Shown one piece after another: positions 38,311 to 52,560 of a stretch of 64,000 nucleotides of DNA. Every line of letters begins with the position of its first letter. Positions within the stretch are counted from its first letter, which is position 1. A model generated the notes under the pieces. It was not told the DNA's origin, ran no database searches, and saw only the letters and a program-made list of their open reading frames with translations. A program made the position numbers and the translations under genes. Source of the DNA: Camelus ferus (Eukaryota); contig NC_045698.1 in assembly GCF_009834535.1 (NCBI RefSeq), positions 14,262,001 through 14,326,000 on the forward strand, in the 5' to 3' direction.

Positions 38311-38864
38311 TTATATCACATAAAACTATCCAATAATATACATTGGTTACATCTGCACATATATATGCAGAGTAATTCTAGTTTTCCATCAGGTAGAAAA
38401 ACATAAATGTCTTTGTTTTCTAGCTTGGAACTCTCCTTATAACAGCCATATTAAGGTAAAAATCAAGCAGTAAACCCCAGGTCAACACTGGGAATGTGTA
38501 AATTCTGTATATTGAAAATAAAAAGAAAGTTCTGGCTAAAAAATAACTTTACACAATAGAATTTGGACTTTAAGAATCAACAAAATTATGTTTTCTCATG
38601 AAAATTATCTCAAGTTGCTTTTATAAATGAATAAATCTGTTCATTTTTTATATATGCTTAAATCATGTGTTTAAATATGAAAATAACTCCCTAACATTCA
38701 TGGAGGTTAACATGTAACACAGCATGAGGAGTACGTTTGACTACAAAGTACAATGTTATACATACATATGTAATCTGCCATTTTTATCCATTTTGACAAA
38801 TAGTTCAATGCTTAAAATATATTTGATGAAAAAGAAAGTTTAGTGTAAACGTGGGGTCTGGGAT

Positions 38865-39080
38865 TTAGCATTTACTGAGAACTTTTAAACAGCCTATCCA
38901 GTGTTGGATGACTTAACCTATATTACAATTAATCAGACCTTCAAGCATTACTGAAGGAGGTACCATTTCCTCCATTTTATACAGGAGGGATGGAAGCTCT
39001 GTGAGGTGAAGAAAGTTATTTCCGGCAAAGTGGTGTGGTAAGTGGTGAAGTTGAGACTTGACCTTGGCTGCTAGACTCAA
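38865..39080 (-). mobile_element. MIR SINE
   Basis: 'agcatttactgagaactt', 'tccattttatacaggagggatggaagctctgtgaggtgaag', 'gtaagtggtgaagttgagacttgaacc'. Confidence 0.75.
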
Positions 39081-40707
39081 TTATACAACTCAATTTCCCT
39101 CTCATGTGGGAATTTGGCTCAACTTTTATGACTTGAAATGTTGCCTCTAATTTTCATGTTGTGGTCTTGAAAGTCAGTGGACCAGTCGGGCTTACGAAGG
39201 GGTTGCTATGCATGAGGAATGTTAAACTTGCTTTCTTCTTTTGGGGAAGGTTGGATTAATATTGGCAGTCTTACCATAAAATGTACACTAACTTTTGTCA
39301 AATATTTGTGTAATTCATGGACATATGTTTCAAATGTTACAGTTATTAACACTGCTTAGTTTAGCTAGAAGAATTTTGAGATGCTATAGTAAACAGTTTT
39401 GTTTCTTTAATGCCTTAATTTTATGTATACAGGTAGAACATATATGTGTATATATGTATATACACATCTGTAAACTGTTTAATAATCATGGTGAAAACTT
39501 TCTGAATTGTCATAAAACTATAATACCAATACAACACTAGTAAATTAAGAGAGTAATATATATTTGTCTTTTATTTTTGGACAGTAGTTCCTTCAACTCT
39601 ACTAAAAAACTAGTTATTTAGCTCCCCCCCCCCCAAAAATTATATAGACTATAGAAGATTAAAATTAAGAAAGGTAGCACAGAAATTCCATGCACCTTTT
39701 CTACTATTTTCTAATTTATTTGAGATAATAGAATATGCATTTTTAATTCAGGGGTAGTTTTACTGTTGGCTGAGCAAAGTGTATACCTACAACTTTCTGA
39801 GTAATTTGAAATGATCCTACATATTTACATTTAGAGAATTTGAACAGTCACGCAAACGTTCAGTCAAGAGCAAACTATAGTTTCCCTGTCGCTGGGAGTG
39901 AGTTCTGACTCCTTACAGCTGCTAAACAAGGGATCCTTTTGGCCTTTTGATAATGGAATACGTATATCTGTTTAAACTTAGGTGAAGAAGCTCCTATTTT
40001 CCTGTGATATTCTTTCCAAAAAAAAATCATCTTTTGGACGTGCAGATAGTGCATTTGTTTTATTCACATACTGCACTAATTTATGTGGTTTCTAGATTAC
40101 ATACTGAAATTCCAAACCTCTCATCAATAACTTCTAAACACTGGACCTATCACTAATAGAGTAAGTTGTCTAAGGGGGAAGCTGTGGTTGTATCAGTGCG
40201 TATTAGTACCCTTTATGGGCGATGATTGTTGCAGAGCCCAAAGAGAATGTTGTGGGGGCAGGTAAATGCCTACAGGAGAGCCTACCCTTAAAGCAGCAGG
40301 GTCAGGAAATGCTATAAAACTATGCCTTACTATGAACTGGATGACTATGCATTTTTATAACTCCACAGATCTCCTTCCTTTGTAACCATCTCTTTGGACC
40401 ATGTAAAATGCTTGGCCATCCTGCCAGAAAAGTCCCTGTATCTACAGGTCTTGTTTTTCATTTAAGTTATATTTCCAACTTCAAAGATTACAGCAACATT
40501 ATTGAAGTTCTGCTTTGATGCTTACTTAAAACAAGACTGTGGTTTTGAGATTATCAGTGCTAATTATTTATTGGAAAATGATGAATGGCTAATTTTCAAA
40601 ATTAGTTTTTTTATGAAACAGAATATGATTTTTAAAGTTGATTATCTAGAAAGTTCAAGAAGAATGTTTTCTAATTGTATTATTTCCAAAACATGAAAGA
40701 ACATAAC

Positions 40708-41310
40708 TGTATTACTTTCTATTGCTAGGTGACAAGTTACCACACACTTATGGCCAGAAAACACCACGGTTCTGCAGGTGAGAAGCAAATTCATGGTGTG
40801 ACCGAGTTCTCTGCTCAAAGCATCACAAAGCTGACATGAAGGTGTCTGATTGTCTAAGTTCACATCTGGATACTCTGGGGAAAAAAAATCTGCTCCCAAG
40901 TTCACTCTGGTTGTTGTCAGAATTTAGTTCTGTGTAATTATGGAATCGAGGTCTCTTTTCCCTTGATGGTGGTCAGCAGAGGGCCGCTCTCTACTTCTAG
41001 AAGCTGCCTACATTTTTTGCTATGTGGCCTTCTCCATCTTCAAGACAGTAATGGCACTTTGATATCCTTCTTTTGCTTCAAATCCTTGACTTTCTCTTCT
41101 ATTCCCAGCTGGAGAAATCTCTTTACTTTTAAAGGGCTTATGTAATTGGGCCAAGTTCACCTGGATTACCTCCCTATCATAAGGTCACCTATGCCTCATA
41201 ATATAACCAGATCACAGGAGTGAAATTCATCATCTTCACAGGTCCTAGGTATTACACACCACCAAGTGCAACAAAGGGACGGAAATCTTAAAATCACACT
41301 TCTGAGAATG
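40708..41310 (-). mobile_element. MLT1 (E-like) MaLR solo LTR
   Basis: Starts 'tgtattactttctattgct...acaagttaccacacactt'; also 'aatctgctcccaagttcactctggttgttgtcagaatttagttc', 'cttttaaagggcttatgtaattgggc', 'atcacaggagtgaaattcatcatcttcacagg'. Confidence 0.82.
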
Positions 41311-41744
41311 AGTCATAGAGCTTCTCAAATTCTACAGATTGTCAAAAATGATTCTTTATAATAATGTCATTTAAAAGATAAATCACTAGTGTGAGTCATT
41401 TATAAAATGTATCAGTTTTGAAACTCTTTGAAAATTCCAAATGGAGATAAAGAATATATATTCTACTTCTATCTTTATGTGAGTTTTTAATCACTGGACA
41501 AAAGAAGCATAATTTAAAAAATAAAATAAAAACCAAAATGAAAAAAGTGCACATTTGTTTTGTTTTTTAACTTAATGTTAGAATGAAGCTAAAACAAACA
41601 AAAAACTGATATTTTCTATTGTTTTCACTGTGGTAGATTTTTTTTGAAGAGTTTGTGTGGCTCTATAAATACATAAGCATATACTTCTATTAAAAACATT
41701 TTTTTCTTCTTTTTATTTAAGAACTCCATTTATTCCCCGACTTT

Positions 41745-42040
41745 ATAAGCCCTTACCCTAATAGATGAATCCTTGGGTCAAAATTCTTTCCAGCCCAACA
41801 GGGAGCTCCAGGCAAAGATTGGCCATTAAAGAAGTCCTGTGTTGGGTAGAAATATCTAGGGCTGTTTATCATGACTTCACACCATCATTGGCTGAGGGCT
41901 GCCCGAGAAGAGTAAGACTGCAGCTCAAAAGATGAGGCAGACCCTTTAGTTTGTAATAGCTGCAGTCTGTCAGCTAATCCCACTCTTTGAAAGGAATTCT
42001 GAGGGGACATCTCAAGAAGTGCCATGCTTGTAGAACAAAG
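41745..42040 (-). mobile_element. ERVL LTR fragment (LTR16/LTR33-like)
   Basis: 'gggagctccaggcaaagattggccatt', 'tcattggctgagggctgccc', 'gaggcagaccc...gtctgtcagctaatcccactc'. Confidence 0.55.
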
Positions 42041-43983
42041 AGTCTAACTTCCACATACAGTGTTTATCCTAAGAGTATCTTCATGAGAAGATGTGGACAG
42101 GAATGTTACAAGGTCTGTCAAAACAGTGACATGATCATAAGATATTCACATCTGATTGCTATATTTTATTTTATTTTTTTTGGATCACCAACCAAGATCA
42201 AGTATTTCCATAATAAATACAAGGTAGGCTGGAATGATTGGCCATGTTATATTAAAAGGAAAACAAAAGTTAAGTTACATTGTATAAATATGTTCTTAAT
42301 GAATATCAGTTAAGGCTACAAGGCATACTGACATGCTATGGGCCAATAGAAGAGATGGAGATAATTATTCACATCCCAATGAAAGTTGCATAATATTAGG
42401 AATTAAGAGATGGACTCTATAAATTGTTCTGGAGGATCTGAACCAATATAGCTTTTATTGACCAACTACACCTCCATAGACACATGGAAAGTAGAGTGTT
42501 AAGGAGGACGTGCAAACATTGTGAAATGTTGTGGCTGACCTAATATAATCATGTTTGCTCTGTCAGGAGGAATTTTGCTAGCAATGGGAAGAACCATTGG
42601 AATAGAAGTTTTCACAATTGACACTGGACTCGTCTGTCTCCTTAATACAGAGTGCCTATGTACATTTCCTTTACTGTGAAAATTCAACAGTCCTGAAGTG
42701 ACCTCAACTATTTCATTATTGCTACCCATGTGTGAACTGCCCAAGTTTGTTCAGAGGAGAATTATATATGAAATAGCCCTGGAATTCTCTAAGCTGTTCT
42801 GATTTTTATTCATTCTGGTTTATGTTGGACTTAATTTTATCTCTAAAAGAAAGTTTGCTAAAGCTGAATTTCTATGATATTAAGGACCAAACAGACCCAG
42901 GAGTACTTAACCTATAACAGGAAGAAAAGAAGGATTTGGAAAATTAATGGTTTAAAATGCTTGTGCATTAACAAGGTTTAGCAGGGGCTGTATCATCACA
43001 GACTTCTAGGTATAGTATCAGATATACAGATTGGCAAATCTAAAGTGGCAAGTAACAAAGAGGTAAGAATTCCCCAGTGACCTTGTGCAATTTCCGAGAG
43101 CACTAGGGAGTTGGCTAACTACCTCACTTAACTGTCTCATAAAGTGAGACCTCAGTTTCACCCCTGCTGATCCCTCTGCTCTTGTTTCTATCTGCTGTAA
43201 TTGGAAAGTCAAGTAGTGACACTGTGGAGGGAATCCAAGACACTCATGCATAAACTACTCTTGTGTTTTTCAAAAACAAAACAAAACAAAACAATGACAA
43301 AAACCGAGAACAGCAAGTTTTGAGAATCTTTAACCTCTACTTGATATTGATAGAGAAATAAGATTAGGATAATTATTTAAGGCAGAAAATATTTCAGATT
43401 CCACAATTCCCAAGTATCTTTGCATAGAAGCAATTGACACTTAAAGATGAGTTGTGGAGGTATATTTTTAGAGAATATAGAAAAGATGGAATGAGTTCAC
43501 TTTCCACCGAAAAATGGGACAGGCATGGCTCATCTATTGCAAAGCAAATAGTGTTCAACACCTGTGATAAGGAAAGATGACATGTGGGAGTGTGGGTGGC
43601 GGATACTGAGAGCCGGAAAGAAAGACAGGGCCAGGCCAGCCTATCAATCCACACAATGGAAGCCATTTTCCTAAGGGCTAAACTGGGAATATGAGCCCTT
43701 TCCCTCCTTTTTTTTTTTTTAAAAAAAAAAGAGAATTCTCACTTCTGGATCCTTGAGGAAAGGAAGTGTGAAAGCAGTACCTAATAAATCAAAAGGGGTC
43801 TAAATACACACATACAAACAAAGTTCAGGGGGAAGAAGAATCTAATAAATGACCCAGAAAATAGGTTCTACTAACTTTTCAGCAGGAATGGACTAGACAG
43901 ACTTTACACAAAAGGTAGGGATAAAACTAGCCTTAAGGAGAGGATGGGGAATTCTAACGAGCTGAGATCAAAGGAATAGTTAG

Positions 43984-44035
43984 TGTGGTACGCAGAATAA
44001 TGATCTCCCCAAAATATCCACGTCCTAATCTCCCA
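43984..44035 (+). mobile_element. MLT1C/D LTR 5' terminal fragment
   Basis: 'tgtggtacgcagaataatgatctccccaaaatatccacgtcctaatctccc'. Confidence 0.7.
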
Positions 44036-46027
44036 GTTAATAAATCTTGTGTTTATGCTGAGTGTTTTATTTGTGCACATGTGTAATTTCTTACCTCCAC
44101 ACCAGCCCAGGCAGGTGGAAATACTACATAAGGAATCAAGGTTTGGAAAGTTGATTATCTACAAGGTTCCAATGTTTGAACCAGGGCGTGGATGACTCCA
44201 GTCTTACACTTTGCTGCCTTACTGCCTTTTATTGAATGTGCTGGGCCCTAGATTAGGCATTTGAGTGACCTGGATTGTTCAGAGCTATACAGTTTGCAGC
44301 AACAGGGTATTCACCTGCTGTCAGAGGCTAAGCATGCCCTTTGAGAGCATCATGCTCTTAAATCTGACAATTGACTTTGATATACAAGAATTGGATCATG
44401 TTCCTTCTCTGAGAAGTGGTTTCTCTCATTTCACCAGAATCTTAAGAGATTCCTATGTCGCAAAAGATTTTGTAAAAATGATACAACACCTTTACCTCAT
44501 AAGAGAAGTAAATTAACTTCCCCAGGGGTCATAAAACACATTAGTGGTAAATCTGTAAAAGAGCCAGGGTTTCCTAAATCATCCTTTGATTGTCTCTTAA
44601 TTTTGTACTCTCACTATGCTGAGATCTACTAAATAATGTTAGATCTCTAGAAAGGACACCAAGGTTGAGAGGCTGGAAGGAAAAGGCAACACAAATAACA
44701 TTTTCCCATGATATTTTCCTTGCACAAGACCTTGGAGAACAAACCTGTCACTTCTCCTCAGTTCCAAAGCAGCCTTCATTTTACATGCAATACATGTTCA
44801 GCAACAGGTTCAGAAAGAGGAAGCGATTAATGATACTTCCCTTAGTGACAAGACTCTGCATCTGTCTCTTTTTTTTTTAAAGTGTTTCCTGTTCTACAAA
44901 GTGATGAAGTTAAGCCAGGTAACCTCTAAAACTTTGTCATCTAAAATGTCTTTGTACCTTGGACCACAGCTCTCAGAGAACAATGAAACATCTGACGGCC
45001 AGTGTGTTTCTGATCAAACAGACTGGGACATAACTGCTGTGTCTAGCTGTACTAAAATGACCAGACTGCAGCAAAACAGACTTAGGAGAATCAAGTGAGA
45101 TGGAATGAATGGCTCACCAGGAAGAAAGCAGACTGTCTGAAAGCCATAGTCTCAACGTTTCACTCTTCAGAATGAAATGACTTCAACACCTCAATTCTAG
45201 ACTTGTTTATACCTAGTGGGCTGTTGTGTCTTTTTTTACCATCCAATTTGAGAAGTTAAATGCCTTATTTTTAGAATGGTGGAACTAAATATCAAAAGTC
45301 AGAATAAAACCTTTTCTTTGCAATATGACTGTATCCACTAGAAATCAAAAGATGTATATTTTGCCACGTATATGAGTATTTTAGTTCACATAAAGACTAA
45401 TCCATTCCATCAATGCTAATAATGCTTATACAATTAAAATGTAATCATGTAGGTTGTCCTCGGGTTGTAGACTTGACTTTCCACGAATGAACGTCTATTA
45501 TTGGTGATGCAATTCTAAGCTTTTTGTGGTGATTAGCTCTCATTCTCATGAAAATATAAACATAAATGCAGCATAAAATTTTATGTATATTTATTGAAAA
45601 ATACTCTGATCCTAGAGTGACACAACATAAAAGAAGAAGAACCTCATACAAGAAGAACACAATTCTCAGAAATTACATAAAATTGAAAAGAAGGACTTAC
45701 AATGAAACAGATGGCTACAGAAGCAGCTGCGTGGTAGCATTTCTGAAGTGTGCTAGAAACATATGTGGATGGGAATATGGAGTGTGTAGGGGGGAAGAAT
45801 TGTGACTGTATGTGAAAATAAGAAACTGATGGAGTTTCAGATTTTCTACCATGAGATGAAAGCATGAGGGCCAAGGACTCATTTACCTTCAAGTGCTTTC
45901 CAAGCTATAGAATGAATGGGGGATATTACTCCTATATCAACAACTTGTAAAATGCACTGGATTCTCTTTCCTGTTCTTGTCTATTTAAAAGCATTGGATC
46001 TTCCAGATTGTTCTGGAGTCATGGTTC

Positions 46028-46395
46028 GTGATGGTTAATTTGTGTGTTTCAATTTGACTGGGCCAGGATGCCCTGAAATTGACTTGAATATTATTTCCGG
46101 ATGTATCTGCGTGGACGTTCTGCCTGATTGTCCTTGAGCTGGGATATGGGTCTTCTCCTGCCTTCAGACTTGGACTGCAACCAGCCCGTCAGCTCTCCTG
46201 GGTCTGGACTTCTCTGTCTCCATAAGCATATGAGCCAATGTCTTATAATGAACCTCTTTGCATGTAAGTAGTACACAATATGCATATGCACATATGCACA
46301 TATGCACACACACACAGACACACATCCACAGACACGTGTGTGTATACATACACATCCAGTTGGCTCTTTTTCTCTAGAGAACCCTGACTGATATG
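46028..46395 (+). mobile_element. MLT2 (ERVL) solo LTR with internal deletion and CA/TA-rich expansion
   Basis: 5' 'gtgatggttaatttgtgtgtttcaatttgactgggc', 'gagctgggatatgggtcttctcctgccttcagac', 3' 'ttggctctttttctctagagaaccctgactgata'. Confidence 0.88.
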
Positions 46396-46684
46396 GGGTT
46401 CAACAAGTATCCATGAATTTTTTTAAGCAAGTGAGACAGAAATATTAAAACCTACTGATGGTGGTAGGTCCAGGCACCAAGCTCAGATCTGTCTAACGCC
46501 CAAATTCAGCCTAATAACTATTTATTGTCTTTGCTCTTGCTCCTGTTTTACTTTACAACAGGACAAAATTCTGTGGTTGGTTGAGTATTTTTTTCTCTCT
46601 CTTTGTCATGGTTGCAGTTATTTTTTGTTGAGGTTTGAGAGATGAAGAGAATTTAGTCATATGACCCTCAAGACAGTGTATTAG

Positions 46685-46810
46685 AAAGTCCCTAAGGCAT
46701 TTGACAAAGTCATTCATAAAATCATTACGAATATCATAGGAAAATGTAGGCTAAAAAAGTGCAGTAAGCTCAGTGCACAACTGTTGACAAAGGCTGTGCC
46801 CAGAAGTTGC
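46685..46810 (+). mobile_element. L3/CR1 RT fragment
   Basis: 'aaggcatttgacaaagtcattcat' encodes KAFDKVIH, a non-LTR RT motif. Downstream sequence resembles L3. Confidence 0.6.
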
Positions 46811-46839
46811 CGGCCTGCAGCTTTCTACCTGGTGAAATA

Positions 46840-47030
46840 CGAGTGTGCTTAGAGTCAAGCAGCCCGGGGGCTGGGAAGAGCGGCAACCTTTCTGTATATC
46901 GGCCTCTTTGTTTGCACAATGGAAAATTGGAACTACCTTCGTCTATTGGTTGTTAAGGACTAAATAAAATAATGTAGAGAAACTATTCACCATGACAGAT
47001 AACATACCCTCAATAAATTTTAAAATTATA
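46840..47030 (+). mobile_element. MIR SINE
   Basis: 'aacctttctgtatatcggcctctttgtttgcacaatgg', 'ttgttaaggactaaataaaataatgt', 'ctcaataaattt'. Confidence 0.6.
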
Positions 47031-47869
47031 GTTTAGAAAGAAGAAATGAGGAAAAAAGGAAGAAAAGGAGGAGGAGGAACCAAAACTCCTTAGTCGTTGG
47101 AAATACCTTAAACAAAGCACTTAAATGACTAGGTAAGACCCCGCAAGGGGCATCCCGTTATTTTGGGATGATTCCCAAATATGCACACAAATGATTTGTT
47201 TAAACACGTCTCTAGGCATTAAGCTTAATATGCATCAAAAGGGAGGTGTGGCTCAGAAAAACAAAAACAAAACATAACAAACTCAAATGAAAGCAAGAAC
47301 TAAGCAGACACAGGCTGAAAGCACTGAAGAGCCCCAGGCGGAGGGAAACAAAGGCACTGACCTTGGGCTTTTAATAAAACAACTGAAAAACTGTGCCCTG
47401 AAAAGTGTATTGTGTTTGAAAAGAGCTGAATCAGAGACCAAGCAGGCATGCAGTGTTTTAGAATTTGTCACAAAGAAGGAATTAGAGATGTTTAATTTCA
47501 AAATATGTAGAGAAAAGCTTCAAAATGGGCATGAATGTGGTCTTCCAAAATATAAAAGGGACCCTGAAGTAAAGGTTCCATTTCTAGCTCCAATGAACAA
47601 AAACATTTAGGAAAGGTTGTTCATTGCTCATTTACAGGAAATGCTTCTTAAATGTAAGAATTACTGAAAGGGAATCCCAGGAAATAGTCATTGTGAAATG
47701 TGTGGCTTCATGGGTGGTCATTTCCTTGCCAAAATCAGGTTCAGCAGTTGCTATTCTGCCCTCTTGTGAGACCAGAGAGTGTTCAGTAGCCCCTGGAAAA
47801 CAGGACCTTCGAACTATGAAGTAATTTAAGTCACTTAATTACCTCCTGTCTGTCTCTGTTCAACATTAC

Positions 47870-48110
47870 TCACAGATTCTTCACTGTCTATTCAGCATCT
47901 GCTATCAGCAAAACACTATAAGCTAGTGTTATATATTCATTATTTAATTTAACTTATAATAAAGGAAACTTTATTAAAAAAAAAAAAAAAAGGAAAGTCA
48001 GGAATGGAGAAGTTACACCAGTGTGTGCATGATCCCAAGCTTCTCAGTGGGGAAGTTGGTATTAGAACCCTAGTAACTGAATTCTAAATTTTGGGTTTTC
48101 CAATGATTTT
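47870..48110 (-). mobile_element. MIR SINE (diverged)
   Basis: 'tattcagcatctgctatcagcaaaacact', 'cagtggggaagttggtattagaaccctagtaactgaattctaa'. Confidence 0.55.
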
Positions 48111-49656
48111 CTTCTAAACTGTAAATAGTGTATCAACATTTCAATGTTTCTAAAGATGTCTTGCCTGCCTCCTAGTGTCATAGCGCAATGATACAACATT
48201 ATATTATTGAGTTAGCATTACATGGTAGCTCATTAGGACATAATGAGCTTCGAGTCAGTGTAGCTTAGTTCTTACTGTTGTATTGTCATGCTTTTCATCT
48301 TTATGAAACCCAAGTATGAAAATTTAATTGACAAATCAGACCTAGGGTTTAGGAGACTTGATTTTGAATGTTATTAGGTGTGTCTCACAGATTGCTAACA
48401 TCTCATCTACACTTCTTTCCTCTCATTAAATGCCTCAATAATGTAACTTGCTTTTTGAAATGATTAAATTCTTTATGATGTGGTTCTCTTTCACCTCTCT
48501 GAGAAAAAAAAAAGGTATTAAAGCCACTCAGCTTATGTGATGAAATAATGTGGATAACGTTCATATGGAAAGGTGGAAGATGAGAGCGTGAGAGTGATGG
48601 TTAGACAGCGCCAGCGGCACTTTTGTACTGTCTAAATGCACTGTAAAAAATTTGGAGGAACTCATTATTTTGTTTTAAACAGCAAATCTTTCTTAACTGC
48701 TGGCATAATGCTGTCATATCCTTTCTGATGAGTCAGCAGTTACATGCCAGCACTTGAAACAGCATTTTGCAGATGAAAAGAGGCAGAATAATAAGTCTGT
48801 GGAACATACCCAAGTAAGCAAGATAATGCTGAGGAAGAGATCATTTGTATTATTTAGAACTGAGGATTATAAAACTGTAATGCCACCTACCTTTGCTATT
48901 TAAACAGCAAGACATATACTACACTTTATTGGAAATACAAACACAGATAATTTAGAAATAACGGAGTGCACATTTACGAGGTATCAGCTGCAGGTATGGA
49001 TGAGTGAAGTCGTGAGCCGGGTCAGCCAGAGTTCAAGGCACATGCGCCCTCCTCACACTTCCCTGATCCAAAGCAAGATGATGCTCCCTCCAGTTAGGAT
49101 TTCCTTCCTTGCTCCTTGATTCAGGACGAGGAATATCCCCTTACTAAGGATAAATGAAATTTGGAATCAAACTGAAATAATTAAAATTATTCCCTCACGT
49201 TTTTAACATTTATTGTGTCTGTATAACTGAGACTGAAAATCTTCGGACAGCTCCATCTGTGACTTTCATATTTCCAACTTGAGAAGTTCAGTGAAGAGTT
49301 TTCAAAAACAGTTCTATATAAATAATGAATGAAACAAGATATCAAGGGGAAATTCTCCTAGATTTAGATTTCTTATTTGTGCAGCATTCTTGGAAAAATG
49401 GCAGACTTCAAATCAGATAAAACTTATTTTTGAAGGAAAATTTTGGAACCAGAAGATATTTTAAAATTTTACATAAAAACGCATTACATGGCATCACATT
49501 GAATAGCATGAAACAGTGGCTGCAATAATAAAATATTTATTGTCAGGAAAAATAATACATCAGACAAAATGTGATTTTGTGCCAATCTCTTTTCAGGAAA
49601 CCTTCATTTCTTCCTAACATTTTATTCTCTTTTTAAATAGGGTGTGTGTTCATTTA

Positions 49657-49889
49657 GGGTCTGCTTCTCAACCTCAGCACTATTAACATTTAGAATTGAG
49701 TAATTACTTGACGTTGGATGCTGCATCTGTGCATTCTGGGATGTTTAGCATCACTCCTGGCCTTTAGTCACTAAATTCCAGTAACAGCCCCTCAGTCATG
49801 ACAATCAGTTAATGGCCACAGACATTGTGAAAAGTCCCTGGGGTGGGGGGTTGGGAGGGACCAAAATCCTCCCTGGTAGAGGACCACTG
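49657..49889 (-). mobile_element. MER20 (hAT-Charlie)
   Basis: 'ttctcaacctcagcactattaacattt...tgtgcattctgggatgtttagcatcactcctggcc...cagacattg...caaaatcctccctggtagaggaccactg' is the reverse complement of MER20. Confidence 0.88.
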
Positions 49890-51472
49890 ATTTAAGACCA
49901 CAGTAGTCCGTACCCGCCCTTCCTTTTGAGAGCTGAGATTTTCTTTATCAATTACCTTTTCCCTATTCCTTGGGTCTCTGTTATATCTTAACTCTCATTT
50001 ATTTGCCTTTATACAAATTGCAAAAAAGAAAATCTATTTAAAGGAATTGCACACTAGCTCTTCTTCCTCCTGTTAACTCAGTCCCACAGTAAGACACAGA
50101 GCTTGGGGAGGGAACAGACACTACATTTCCACATTCTTCACCCAGTGGAAAAGGGGTGGCTGTGTAGGGCATTAGCTGTACAAATGTCCCTGGTGCCCTG
50201 TTTATATATTATAGCATGGCGTTCATAAGTGGATCGTGCAGAACTCAGAAATTAATGTCTCCATAGTGATAATATAATAATGGGTGGTTGTGTTCCCAGG
50301 CCAGCCTTCAAAAGTCAATTTGCCTATGAATCAGTTGAGGTCTCTGAACGGTAATCTCCTAAATTCTGAGACCTGGTAACAGGAATCTACACAGTACAGT
50401 TTTAAATGAGGAGATAAAACCGAAAGAGAACTGAGTCTCCTTCTCCAGTTCAGTTTGATTAAAAAAATATATTGTAAATCAAAATGATTTACCTTTGATA
50501 TCTATGCCATTTATTCAAGTCCCTAAAACTTACTATTTACGGCAGTTCCCTGAAATTACTCCATGCTTATTCTCCACGTGTGAAAACGTATGTGCCCAGA
50601 CTGATGCCAGATTTGGAGAAATGTCAGTTACCAAGTGAGGGAAGTGGCATACAGACTCTCATTCCCCACACATAATCAGGATTAGTTTATAAATATTAAT
50701 ACATGTTTTTGACTGCATACTTTCACAGTCATTTGTATATTAAAGAGATGCTTTTTGTAGCCCAGGATTCTGTCTCGTCGCTTTAAAACAAAAACAAAAA
50801 CAAAAACAGAGTAACACATTATGTGCCTGTTAGATGTAAATCAGTATACCAGATGTTACAGTGGCCACACAGGTGGTCAAGATATGATTTATGCCCTTAG
50901 GGGCTTTTGAAATCTATAGGACGACTGAAATAACTATTGGAATAACATAGGTTGATTTGAGAACATTCTTTATTAAGATACACCCTGTGAATAATTGTAA
51001 TAGACACAGATAGTTACGGATATCTTTTTCACCTCCTGTAGACATTCGAAGTGTGACTGGCCTAATTATGCACTGTTCACCACGTATTTAGTTCTCATAT
51101 GCTAATTATGCAAAAACAGAATTGAGAAGATTAATGTAGCCAAAGAGAAATGAAGCATTTAAGCATTACATTCATTTGTTAACCCTTTCCAAAATGCCTT
51201 CTCAGCCTTATGTTATGGTACCGCTGCCTTGAAAACTGTCATGACTGAATTAGGAGAAAAACTGGAAATTTCTGTCTTTATCCCTGTAACTCAGTACTAT
51301 GTAACATTTTTTTTCTCTCTCCTATAAGTTTCGCAGAAAGTAATCGAAATAGGATCGAATTACTTTTTATCTCAAATGTTCAGAAACTGGCCAAACTCTC
51401 CAGATTCTGGCACTTTCTATAATATTAAGAAAAATGAATTTGCCTAGATTTTCTTATGAGAAATCAGGCCAT

Positions 51473-51913
51473 ATGGTAGGTATCACCAGATTGCTTATTG
51501 TCTCCCTGTAGCCATTGCTTACTTTTTTTTAGTTGAATGCATGGCTCCTAGGCATGCAGATTATATTCCCCATATTCTCTTAAAGCTAGATGTAGCCACG
51601 TGAAAATTCCTGGGCAATGATTTTGCAGTGTAAATAGTATGTGCAGTACATGGGAGGTAACCTTAAGGAAAGGGTGTGGTAGCTCTTCCTACACCTTTCT
51701 GAGATGCCTGGAACACAATCAAGCTTATAACTTCTAAATTCCTAGACCCATGAGCCAAAGTTGCAGGCTGGGAGTGGGAACCTGGTCTGGGACACCACGA
51801 GGTATCACCCTGCCTTGGGACTGACTAACTCTGTGCCATTTTTACCTGTTAGATTTTGTCTGAAAATTGAGAATTTTTTTTTGTTCCTTCAAACTTATAC
51901 GTAATCATAAACA
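51473..51913 (+). mobile_element. MLT1 (H/I/J-like) MaLR solo LTR
   Basis: 'attccccatattctcttaaagctagatgtagccacgtga', 'tgcctggaacac', 'cctagacccatgag', 'gccttgggactgactaactctg'. Confidence 0.65.
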
Positions 51914-52369
51914 GTGCAGGCAGTTTGGCTAGTCATGGAAGAAGCAGGAAGCTGAGAAACAATCATTTCAAATTATAGGAATTATCTTTGGTTTAAGGTT
52001 ATAAATCTTTCCCTGGAATGGGAGAAGTGCACAGGTCATGGTGCAAGCTCTTAATGCCACCTGTATACTTGTGCTCACTGGCCCAAGTGGTTGGTCTGAA
52101 GACAATGACATAGTATCTGTGAATGCAACTGATTTATAAAGCCTAAATCTTTATTGATAGTAAATGTTGACTGTGGAATTTTTGTTTGGCCAAGTCACTT
52201 CTAACTTGGAAGTGACTTTAACACAGATAAAATAATCCTCATTTTATAGGTAAAACAAATAGTATGGTTTTGGGTTACCTGAGAAATAATGAGACAATGA
52301 GAAAGTAAATTCACTGAATCCTCCTGAAATTCCTTTCTCTATACTAGCCAACACTGATGTTCTTGATAT

Positions 52370-52560
52370 TAATGTTTTGTATCATTCATTCACATAGCAA
52401 TCAGTTAGGAGTGGGAAGTGTCATGATCCCTGTTTTTCAGAAGAGTACTGTGTTTAGAGAAAGGTAAATCCCTTAACTGGATTCATATGAGCAGTTAAAA
52501 TGTGGAGCGAGAAATCAAGTTGTTTAATCTGCTCCCACACTTCGTGCTGTCTTGCTACCT
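52370..52560 (-). mobile_element. MIR SINE
   Basis: 'atccctgtttttcagaagagtactgtgtttagagaaaggtaaat'. Confidence 0.6.

Noticed and set aside
43708..43740. T13-A10 hairpin as a terminator or structured element
   Set aside because: Simple adjacent homopolymers, common in mammalian DNA.
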